The translations under genes and the position numbers were made by a program. A DNA stretch of 64,000 nucleotides from Azolla caroliniana (lineage: Eukaryota > Plantae > Polypodiophyta): NCBI GenBank assembly GCA_043228905.1, contig JBHGNT010000002.1, positions 5,332,001 through 5,396,000 of the forward strand, read 5' to 3'. This document shows positions 14,170-28,626 of this stretch, piece by piece. The notes beneath the pieces are model-generated. The model ran no database searches. It worked only from the letters and a program-made list of their open reading frames with translations, and was not told where the DNA came from. Each line of letters opens with the position of its first letter. The stretch's first letter is position 1.

Positions 14170-14357
14170 GCACACAAGAAGAATTGTATTATTCAAGCTC
14201 TCTTAACAATAGCAACAACATTAACAACTAGGTTATAAAGCCCATTATGTATTAAATAGGTTAGGGCAACTTCCCTTTGACATATTACAGAATTGTCCTA
14301 AATCTAGTTGGTCGAAGATACAATGTGAATACGACCATTATAAACCAGTATTCGACA
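10663..14357 (-). mobile_element. Truncated, degenerate Ty1/copia LTR retrotransposon, same family as 51306-56781; 5' LTR 13994-14357
   Basis: PBS tggtatcagagc (Met-i) on the minus strand at 13980-13991. Gag MASTSGLSKMSLSKFDGSNFNFWKEQ, protease WLLDSGAS, integrase LVHSDVCG, and RT up to the YVDD region. Stops and internal deletions are present; the 3' end is missing. Confidence 0.92.
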
Positions 14358-15900
14358 CATTCCACAAAACCAAGATGAATTGGCCTTTCTTGTGGAGGAC
14401 ACCATTTCGAGAGCTTTCTTCGACCATGATAATAAAGGAAGATAATAAGACACCATCGAGATCATAATTGATTGGGCCACCTTAAGTCCTACATGCAAAG
14501 GCTAGAATTGAGACCTCCAATACATAAACTTATCCTCCAAGCTTTTGGATACCCACTCAATAAATTTCACATGAGAAACTTCCACCCCAATTGGATATCC
14601 AAGGTGACGACAAATCATACCACAATATACTATCCTTCTTGGCCACCCCAACCCTAACACATGTTGTTTTGTACATGAAATGAGAACCGATTTATGCATA
14701 TCAATTCTCAACCCTAAAGCATTTGAAAACAATTCCCACCTATCTCTTGTTTTACTAATATTTTCCCGGTTAGGTGCCAAAAACATGATATGGTCATTTG
14801 CTAGAGCTTGAACAATACATGGCTTCCATGATGGCAACCTTAGTCCAAGCAATTCTTCCTCCATAGCCATATTGTGTAACTTAACAAGAATAGGATGTGT
14901 CATAATAGTGAATAGTAAAGGACTGACCGAGAATCTTGTCTTACTGGTCTCCAAATAGAAATAGGTTATTCTACTCCTCCATTAAACATCACATGTGAAT
15001 CCGAACCCTCCCGAATGTGTATATCAACTTAGAAAAATCTAAATGACCAATCCACATTATCATAGGCTTTCTCGATATCCAATTGTAGCAACACAAATTC
15101 TTGTTTAGAGTCCTTTGCATAGTCAATTGTCATTTGAACATCTAAAATATTATGTAAAATGTCTCTTTTTGCTAAGAACCTATATTGAGCATTATGAATA
15201 GTAGATGGTAAAATCGTATGTGATCTATTGGCCTTCATTTTTGCAAAAATGTTGTACATTCCCCCCACCAATGAAATATGCCTCCAATGAGCAAAGGAAG
15301 ATGGGGAAGGCACCTTCGGTAAAAGCTTTATCAAACCAATCTTCCAAGGATGAGGCATTTTCCCATGTGTCCACACCTTTTGAAATAAGACCGTAAAAGG
15401 ACCCTTTAAATTAATCACTTGTTAAAGAGTTCATTTGTTAATCCATCCCACCCAAAACTCTTATCATTAGCACGATGTGCTATGACATGTTCCGCCTCAT
15501 CCTCTAAAAATGTCAATATCTAATGATTGTGCCACATCATGTGATACATGATTTTTCACCCCATTAAAAAATGTTATCCATTTTAACATTATCATTTATA
15601 CACACTTATACATCCAACAATTGTGTATGCATTTCTTCACAATTTCTTGAGGATCAAAACACATGATACCATTGTCCTCCGACCATACCACATTATGTCG
15701 TGCATGTGATTCATGAAGGTCATGAAAAAACTTGTGATTGACGATTAACATCCTCCACTTCTTGTCTTACACGATATTGTCTAGCATGTTGATAATTTTT
15801 CTCTGTAACATCATGCATCCCAAAACTTAATACCTCTTGATACCTCTCTATAAGATCTATGATATGATCTAAGAATATTAGTTCTGTAATCAAATAAAGC
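14358..15900 (-). mobile_element. Decayed L1-type LINE reverse-transcriptase fragment
   Basis: ORF pieces WKIGLIKLLPK...WRHISL, LLQLDIEKAYDNVDWSF and SPLLFTI...HLGYPIG. Confidence 0.8.
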
Positions 15901-15989
15901 TGACAAGTATCAAAGGTATACTTCTCATAAGGTTTGTTCCTACGATGGCAAACACTTGGAAAGCGACCACAAAGTTCGAGAGTATGATC

Positions 15990-16580
15990 AATAATGAGCC
16001 AATATCACCAACTATTCTTAATGCCAATGAAATAAACTAAACCACAATGGACTAAATGCTTATGAGTCACTTGATTGTTATTCAAGAAACTATAAACAAG
16101 CAAGGTAATGAGATTAGAACACTAATGAAGGAGTATGCTAAACTCCCAATTGTTATCATTGAGAATGAAAGTCTTAAGAAAATGGTTGCAAAAATCATCT
16201 ATTTTTCATGTGATAAATCAAGAGAAGAATATAGAAATCGTAGATGTTTGAGAATTGAAAGAATGTGAATGACAATCAAAGAACATTGTCATCCGTGGGA
16301 TTAAAAAGCAGAATATGGAAACACATGTATTCTTCGAAAAGGCGATCAATGAATTTTTAAGCATACATCATACTATTTCGGATGTGAATGTATATGGGGT
16401 ACACCGAACTAATAAACATGGTGTTGCTTGCTTCGAAGAAAGGCCTATTGAATACACAATGACAGATGATAAAAAGCGAAGGATCATGCTCAAAAGTAGT
16501 TGGGTATACCTTAGAGGTATGCAGTGTTTTATGGGTAAAGATCGTACTATCTCACACCAAAAAGGCCCGTCATAAAGCAT
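15990..16580 (+). mobile_element. Decayed LINE ORF1-like fragment
   Basis: Coiled-coil, then an 'NIVIRGIK' RRM-like start and a 'DRT..HQK' end. The layout matches ORF1 at 27835-28626. Other copies lie at 33890-34590 and inverted at about 46150-46450. Confidence 0.55.
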
Positions 16581-16726
16581 ATGAAGAAAAATTGAAAAGT
16601 AAGTTAAACAAGTGCCTAAAGATGGAAACGTAAGAAAATAGGGACACCTGACCTCTTAGACTAACCCACGTCTTCTACAACTATGCTGTTGAAAATGCCA
16701 TGGATACCATGGAATGCATAGAAGAG

Positions 16727-16826
16727 TTCACCGATGACACAATTATTCAATTTGAGAGACTACTCCCACAAACATTCACCGATGACACAATTATTCAATT
16801 TGAGAGACTACTCCCACAAACATTCA
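16727..16826. repeat. 48-bp tandem duplication, present in the left arm only
   Basis: ttcaccgatgacacaattattcaatttgagagactactcccacaaaca x2. The right arm has a single copy. Confidence 0.9.
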
Positions 16827-17333
16827 TTGATTAATTCTAATTGTGAGCAAATTTCCAATGGTTTTGGAAAGAATAATCATCATTTACAAGCCCCATAGGT
16901 TGTGTTAAATCAGTATGGGAGACCACAATGTATTCTTGTCCACTAATCACAATAAAGCTACCAAATGGATAAGAACACAATCGTGCTAACTTTAGATGAT
17001 AACCATTTATCTAAAACCTAGAACTCCCCCATGATGATAGAATTCCCAAGAGTTAAAACTAACACAATGCAGAAAAATATCCTTGGAAAACATTTCAACA
17101 TCACTTCCGTGAGTGAGGATAGGGAGCAATTGATAGTTGGATTTTACTATTCTTTTGGGAAATCAAATATGACTCCTCAGTAGCTGATGCTTAAAGAGAA
17201 TAAATGCTTCTTTAAATAACCAGCTATTCTTTTATCTTATTGGCAGTTTCTTCTATAGAATACATTTTGTTTTTGAATTCATCATATTTCATCTCATACA
17301 AGATGAGTCACGAAACTATCTGACAAACAAAAA

Positions 17334-21295
<3,962 letters not shown>

Positions 21296-21364
21296 GGCTC
21301 TGGTCTCTCTCTGTGGGGCAATGTCTTCAGTGTGGGGTATGAGTCCTCTCTCTGCGACGAGAAG

Positions 21365-21530
21365 TATGTAGAAGTAGCAGAAACAGGGCTTTTTTCTGTT
21401 CTGCGAGAGTCTCGTGAGTCTGGTCACGTGATCAACAGGTGCTCTCATTCTACACGGCCACACGCGTACCATACGTGGTGTCAAGCATTCGCGTATGGTA
21501 AACACCCTCGAAGTATGGTAAATACCATAC
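21365..21530. promoter_or_regulatory. Reductase proximal promoter/5' region with palindromic G-box (TCACGTGA at 21424-21431); also present in copy 2 (about 34977-34984)
   Basis: gatcacgtgacc lies about 130 bp upstream of the ATG in both copies. The function is inferred. Confidence 0.45.
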
Positions 21531-21794
21531 CTTTGTATTCGTTATTTATTATAAGGTAAAAAAATAAAAAAAAATTTAAGGTAAGAAATTTAAAGATAAG
21601 AAAAAGTGTACAAAAAAAACATAAGAATGTTTTCAGAAAATACGCATTCTCTTTTCATTCGTATGAAAACGAATGTTGCAGAGGCGACCAGAAGTATGTA
21701 TGTGTATGTGTATGTGTATGTGTATGTGTAGAATGAGAGCATCTCTTGATCACGTGACCAGACTCACGTGACACTCGCAAAACTTCTACATACA

Positions 21795-21870
21795 CATGAC
21801 ACATACACATGACACATGACACATGCACCATGCACCATGCGCCATGCACCATGCACCATGCACCATGCAC
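21795..21870. repeat. (ACATGAC)n / (CCATGCA)n heptamer tandem repeats
   Basis: acatgacacatgcaccatgcaccatgcgccatgcaccatgcaccatgcaccatgcac. Confidence 0.9.
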
Positions 21871-21999
21871 ATACGCTCGTTTCTATTTGCAACCAAATCA
21901 TAATTTGGCCTGGCAAGGAAATCGCGGACACGTTTTGACTGGCGCGTGCCTGTGACCTGTGCACCGTTCAAAATCTCCATCCACAAAAAAGCGCCCCGC

Positions 22000-22310
22000 C
22001 TAAAACCTAACCCCGTGTCTGACGATCCTCTGTTACATCTAGTAAGTAACTCGAGCCTGACAATCGAATCTATCACATCTCACCCGGCTCTGACAAGCCT
22101 CCTTCACATCTAACTCGGGCCTGACAATCATATCTATCACATCTTACCTAGGTCTGACAAGCTTCTGTCACACCTAACCCAGGTCTAACCTAACCCGAGT
22201 ACCTGATCCTAAACCGGGAACACAAACCTAACCCGGCTCTGACAAGCTTCTGTCACACCTAACCCGGGAACACAAACCTAACCTGGGTGACTGCACCTAA
22301 CCCAGGTACC
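22000..22310. repeat. Degenerate cctaacc/ctgacaagc repeat cluster, probably a DNA-transposon subterminal region
   Basis: Many copies of aacctaacccgg, ctgacaagcttctgtcacacct and gggaacacaaacctaacc. Confidence 0.6.
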
Positions 22311-22829
22311 CAATTAAAATTTCTGAAGAGATCATTGCTTAAAAAATATGCTAAGATTACTCAAAAATATCAAGCCTAATTTTTTATAATACAAAATTGC
22401 ATGATTTTACATATAAAAATCGCATGATGTAATGTAATAAAAACTATGAGATCACGGCTCTTTGTTCAAAGCATGGCAAGATACACCCACAAATTTTAAA
22501 GCAATTTGCATTGGAGTCTCTTGAAGTCAATGTCAAACCCCCCGGGGGCTTCACTGTCAAAACTTGTACGATAGCACGTGAGTTCATCAAAAGGGGTTTA
22601 AATTAATCAGTGAGATACATAATATATATATATATATTGTGAAATGCACATAAGCGTACATGCACACCACAATATATAAGGGTATTAATAAAGGTTTGAA
22701 AATATATTTACATAAGGGTATTATCAATTATGCTAGAAAAAAATTTACATAAGCCCATGAACTATTAGATATTTCAATTAGATAGTAAAGAATATATTAT
22801 ACAAACAATACTCAAATTTGGAGTAGCAT

Positions 22830-22832
22830 ATA

Positions 22833-22864
<32 letters not shown>

Positions 22865-24206
22865 CATGCATATACCTACATTCAAACATTACATCCATGA
22901 ATATGTATATACATACATTACACCCATTTATACATGCATACTGACTAAACATAAATATATGTAGAAATATGTATTACCATATGTAAATATGTACATACAC
23001 ATACATATATGCATTACATACTACATACATATTAGAATCAGCCATATATATTGACATAGGAGTATACATAATACATACATAAAAATTACATATTACATAT
23101 ATACATACACATTCTCACAAACATATTTTATATATTACATATTACACACGTATATTATTATACACACAATTATATACAAATGCAAATATACAAACCAAAC
23201 ACAAAAAAATAAAGTACATATTATATATATACACATACACATACATATTAATACCTAAGACTACATATTATATGTATACAAATCTTCATACTTACAAACA
23301 AGTTACATATATTACATATATATACACGTGCACACACACATAAATAAATTAGATATTACATAGCATATAATCCATACCTATTACACAATATACAAATTTA
23401 CACATACATAAATTACATATATAGATATATTACATATGTAAATACATATTCCACATATCACCACATATATAGATTATATTGGACCATACAAACCACAATA
23501 CTTACATACACACACACATTAGGTATATGTATACTTACACATACATTGGATATATACATGCATATTACAAACATACATCCATATATGAACCATATACATA
23601 CTAAACATGAAAATATCCCAAAAATATACATACATAAATACATTACATATATACGCATACATACATTCATACATTTACATACATATGACCGCATACACAC
23701 ATACATATACATACACATACATACATTGGATATATACATACATATTATGCACATATTACAAACACATTCATACTCATTGAATCATGTATATTGACAAATA
23801 CATATATGCATACACATATATACATATTCCACATATCACCATATATATACGTACATGTGCCTACAATGTTATAAGTTTTACAAGCATACATCCATACACA
23901 TATATACATATATACATACATGCATACACATAAATACGTTACATACACATACGTACGTACGTTACATATGTACATACATATCATCACAAACTACAATACA
24001 TACATATCTACATAAATATTACGAACAAACATCCACACACTCATGTATGCATATATGCATAAGCCATACATTATACACATACAAACATTACATATTACAT
24101 ATATACATTCATGCATGTACATACATACATTGCATATGCATATATTACAATCACACATTCATATACATTGAGTCATGTACATTGACATATGGATATATGC
24201 ATACAC

Positions 24207-24247
<41 letters not shown>

Positions 24248-24482
24248 TTCCAATATCCTTGTAAACCCACTCATGTATGCATATATGCATAAGCCATACA
24301 TTATACACATACAAACATTACATATTACATATATACATTCATGCATGTACATACATACATTGCATATGCATATATTACAATCACACATTCATATACATTG
24401 AGTCATGTACATTGACATATGGATATATGCATACACCTACACACACACACACACACACATACATTCCAATATCCTTGTAAAC
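22830..24482. repeat. (TACA/CATA/CA)n low-complexity region containing a tandem duplication of about 230 bp (about 24040-24269 and 24270-24482)
   Basis: Almost G-free CA/TA repeats; the block ctcatgtatgcatatatgcataagccatac...ttccaatatccttgtaaacc is repeated. Confidence 0.9.
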
Positions 24483-24539
24483 CGGGTCCTAATACAGACC
24501 CTACGACCCGTGAGACGTGTCGTCGAATAAGGGGGATAA

Positions 24540-24997
24540 TGTCATGATAACACTCACATCATGCATCGAAAGGATCATGACACTCCTACATTATGACTCA
24601 AAAGGATTTGAACCCATGACCTTGTTGTACACATGTCAAATCCTTAACCATTGTATTAATATTCTTATATGTATAGTTTTTAAAATATGAAATCTAATAT
24701 CATAGAAATATTCTATATTACTCTACATTCTAGAATATTCTAGAGTGTTCTATACCACTAGAACCTTCTAGAATACTCTAGAGATCTTTTAGATTACTCT
24801 ACATTCTAGGATAACCTAGAATATTCTAGAGTGTTCTCTATTACTTATAAATAGGGATCTGCCACTCATCCCAAACCTAAATTGGTTCAACGCCATTTTG
24901 TAGCCTACTCTTTGTAATCCATTTTACTCTTCAATATAATAATTCTTTTTCAATTATCTCTCTATCTCTCTTTCTTTCTCTCTTGACAACTATGACA
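24540..24997 (+). mobile_element. 3' LTR (458 bp) with adjacent PPT; remnant of an LTR element
   Basis: TGTCAT...ATGACA termini, PPT aagggggataa immediately upstream, and a TATAAATA box at about 24847. Confidence 0.8.
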
Positions 24998-25364
24998 TTA
25001 GCAACATTGCACACCCAATTTGACAATTAACAATTCCAATATACACTTCACAATGGTTGTTTTCATTTATATGTATAACACATTTATATGTGAATACAGA
25101 AGAAGAAGAAGCGAAAAAGGAATGAAGTTATAACATACTGAAGATCTGAAAGAGAAGTGGAAGGAGGAGGAAGAGGAACAAGAAAGTCAAAAATCAAAGT
25201 TACCAAAAGTTGAAGGCGACAACGATGAACCATAAAACCCTAAACCAACTGCTAGGGTTTCAATTTGCGCAATCGTCTTCTTTGTTTTCCCCCCACCCTC
25301 ACTCACCACAAAAATAAAATTTCAAATTTCTCCTCTCACACCTCACTTTATATACATGCATATG

Positions 25365-25625
25365 AAGGGGGGTGAGTAGGGCATCTTTCGCAAAGCAAGG
25401 TGTTTGGAAGGGTGTGACGCCGCGGGTAAGGTGTCTGAAGGGTGTGAGTAGGAATTCTTTAGCGGAGCAAGGTACATGGAAGGGTGTGAGTAAAGTTTCT
25501 TTCGTGGAGCAAGGTGTCTGAAGGGTGTGAGTAGGGCATCTTCCGCGGACCAAGGTGTCTGGAAGGGTGTGAGTAGGGCGTCATTTCCAGAGTTGGGTGT
25601 TTGGAAAGGTGTGAATAGGGCACTT
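25365..25625. repeat. Degenerate tandem repeat of about 42 bp, 6-7 units
   Basis: The core (ggtgtytgg)aagggtgtgagtag recurs with related but variable middles. Confidence 0.85.
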
Positions 25626-26168
25626 TTTTTATTGGCACACTTTTTATTATTATCTAGATCAATGATGCAAATCGCACGCGCCCTAAGCTAAGCATGTTGC
25701 ACCATTCGTGGCCATGATTACCTCACTAGCCTTCTTTATGATTTGGCAGCAATTAAACATCACTCACACACACATACTTTGTGGCACACATACGCATACA
25801 CACACACACACACTCACTCACTCACTCACTCTCTTACATATACACATACACATTCACACATTTAAATCTCCCCAAGGGGACTCATTGGACTCTCCTGGTC
25901 ATATCTCACATGCATATTGATTCTTGGTCATAAGGTGTCTTCCACAAAGCAGGATGTTTGGAAAGGTGTGAATATTAGGGCGTCTAGATATTAAATGGTA
26001 GGGTTTAAGCAGAGCACTTTTTTTTACCCAAATCAAATGGTGCAGAACGCACACGCCCTCAACTAAGCGTGTTGCATTGTGCATGGCCGCAATTCCCTCG
26101 CCAACCCTCTTTATGATTTGGTAAAAGTTAAAGACATTCAAGTCTCTCTCTCTCTCTCTCTCTCTCTC

Positions 26169-27246
26169 TTGGCCTTGAAGTTCCTTCAAATCATAGATGG
26201 AATGAATGTGCTACACGCCGCTTAGAGGCGGGCAAACGAGCATACTATGCATTTGAGAACACATGCAATCTTGGAGATATTAAGTGTTGGGTCCTCAAGA
26301 AATATCTTTTTGACACTTTGGTGACACCAGTTCTTCTCTATGGGTGGAAGTATGGGGCGGTAGCATCCCTAAGTCTATGTGGAAAGAGTTTGAAAATGTC
26401 CAAAAGCATTTTCTTACCAAGTTTCTACAAGTTAAGAAACAAACGCCCTACACCCTCCTCCTCCTTGAGACGGGATCGCTTCCCATTGAGATCATGGCCA
26501 TGGAAAGGGTTGTTGAATACATGCTTAAGGTTCAAAAAAGTCCCTCACATCGACTTCCTAGAATTGCGTGGGAAGCAAGCAAAAAGATCCAAAAGACGCA
26601 TAAAAGCAAAATTTTGTGTTCCGGTTGGATGCAAGATATAGAAAAATGGTTTGGTAGATGGGATGCGAGACACTTGCTTCATGATGCATCATTAGATTCC
26701 TCTGTAAATGAGGCATTTTTGCAACGCCAATGTATCATGACATGGGACAAATGTGGAGGCTCACGCTTCACACATTATACTACACATGTTGCACCTAACT
26801 ACAAAACCATATTCTTTGCGGAACGGGGAAATCGTACACATCCATACATGTTAGAGCCCATACCGTTATCTGCCATTCGAACCATTGCTTCCATGCGACT
26901 TAGCTCACATGCATTGCGATGTGAAACAGGGCGTTGGGGTACAAGTGATGAGAGTGGTCGGCTATGCACACTTTGCCCTAAACAAGTTCGCGAGTCTGAG
27001 TATCACACTTTGATACAATGCTCTGCCTTTGATCATATTCGACCATGCTTTCCACATCTCTTCGATCGAGCCCAATCTTTGCATGAATTCCTCTCACAAC
27101 CACAATGTGCACTCTCGATTGCAACATTCATTGGTAAAGTTCTTGAACATCGAGAGTCACTACTCACTTTCACACGTATCACGTGAAATGTAATATTTTT
27201 GGTCTCATAGGTCATATTTGATCTCCGAAGACGATAATATAATCTA
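26169..27246 (+). mobile_element. 5'-truncated LINE (RTEX/L2-group-like) 3' fragment
   Basis: Starts in the RT thumb (LGLEV...FDTLVTPVLLYG, with a frameshift near 26343). C-terminal ETGRW...RLCTLC...ESEYHTLIQC zinc motif, a 3' stem-loop and a (TC)n tail. A (TC)n tract precedes it. Confidence 0.88.
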
Positions 27247-27834
27247 TCTCTCTCTCTCTCTCTCTCTCTCCCTCTCTCTCTCTAACGGCTCTTTCTGCCG
27301 TTGTCGCCGCCGTCTACTGCCGTCGCCGCCGCCGTCGTCTGCAGCCGCCATCGTTGCCTGCTGTTGCCTCCGTTTTCTGCCGCTGACGTCTGCAGACTGT
27401 CGCCGTCGCCGTCGTCTGCAACTGCTGTCTGCTGCCGCCATCGTCTGCAACTGCTGTCTGCTGCCGTCGTCGTCTGCAACCGCTGTCAGCCGCCGTCTGC
27501 TGCCGCTGTCGACTGTCGCCGTCCGCCGTCGTCTGACGTTTAACGTTTGCCGCCGTCGCCGTCGTCTGACGTCTAACGTTTGCCGCCGTCGCCGTCGTCG
27601 TCGGTTCTTGGCCATCGTCGTCACCTGTCGCTGTTGTGGGTAATCGGTGCCCTTGTCGCCGTCGTTGTTGTCATCGTTGTCGACCGTCGCTATCACCTAC
27701 ACCTCTTACGGCGTCGTGAGGAGAGAGTACAAATGTGCTTCTACACTTGTACCTAGCGCGCAAGACATCGATGCTCGGCTAAGTTTTTTCTGCCCTTTTT
27801 GACTTTTTCTTTCGTTTATTCTTTGAATTACAAC

Positions 27835-28626
27835 ATGACTTCTCGACGAAACCATAAGGAAACACACGACGAAATGATAAGTAAGGAAGAATTTTTAGAT
27901 GTCCTTAACCGGTTAGTAAAATTTGAAAAATGGGCGAAAGAAATTGAAGCTGAAAAACAAAAAGATAAGGAAGAAAAAGAACTACTTTTTGCGGAAATAG
28001 CGAAACTTAAGGTAGACAATGTGAACCTCCGAAAACAAGTTAAGGACCTCGAGATATCTAGGGAAGATGGTGAAATATCTTCCCTAGAGGATATTAAGGA
28101 CGAGATAAAAAAGGTTAAAGAAGAGGTTAAAAGTGATATGGAATTAGCTAAAACTGGGTGGGTTGATGTAGTAAAACGTAATATTAAAAAAGAACTAAAG
28201 GATGAAAACATTGTAAACACTACCCTCGAGGAAGAAAAAATGCGTCAAGCTCGACGCCTAAATGTACGAGTTACTGGGCTCAAGGAAGGGGCATCTCCGG
28301 ATGAAGATGCACAAACATTAGGGAAAATGTTAGGGTACGAAGCCCTACCAATCACTAAAACCTGGAGGGTAGGGCGTGACACAACTAGGAAAAGAGCTTT
28401 AGTCCTTCAATTTAAGGACTCAGAATCTAGAATCGCCTTTTTTAAAAAGAGACCAATTCTTCGAGGCTTGGGCGGGGAGCCTATCTACCTCGATGAAGAC
28501 TTGACCAAGATGCAAATTGAGCATCGTAAAACTTGTATGCCGCGAGTCATACAAGCTCGTAAAGAGGGGCATCGTGCTTTCTACCGGGACGGACGTGTCA
28601 TAATAAATGATCGTGCCGCCAATTGA
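27835..28626 (+). CDS. LINE ORF1 protein (coiled coil plus RRM/CTD-like)
   Basis: Open frame with a heptad-rich region, RLNVRVTGLKE and IYLDEDLT. Confidence 0.8.
   Translation: MTSRRNHKETHDEMISKEEFLDVLNRLVKFEKWAKEIEAEKQKDKEEKELLFAEIAKLKVDNVNLRKQVKDLEISREDGEISSLEDIKDEIKKVKEEVKSDMELAKTGWVDVVKRNIKKELKDENIVNTTLEEEKMRQARRLNVRVTGLKEGASPDEDAQTLGKMLGYEALPITKTWRVGRDTTRKRALVLQFKDSESRIAFFKKRPILRGLGGEPIYLDEDLTKMQIEHRKTCMPRVIQARKEGHRAFYRDGRVIINDRAAN

Noticed and set aside
21296-21505. In-frame N-terminal extension (possible transit peptide) of reductase copy 1
   Set aside because: The equivalent region is out of frame with the gene in copy 2 and overlaps promoter-like motifs, so it is probably a chance open frame.
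23458-24480. Many His/Ile/Tyr- or Cys/Val/Met-rich ORFs
   Set aside because: They are translations of CA/TA microsatellite-like DNA.
25365-25625. CRISPR-like repeat/spacer appearance
   Set aside because: The spacers are short and related to each other, the repeats are degenerate, there are no cas genes, and the context is eukaryotic.
27218-27696. Arg/Ala/Cys-rich ORFs on both strands
   Set aside because: They arise from GCC/GTC triplet repeats in the LINE 5' UTR.
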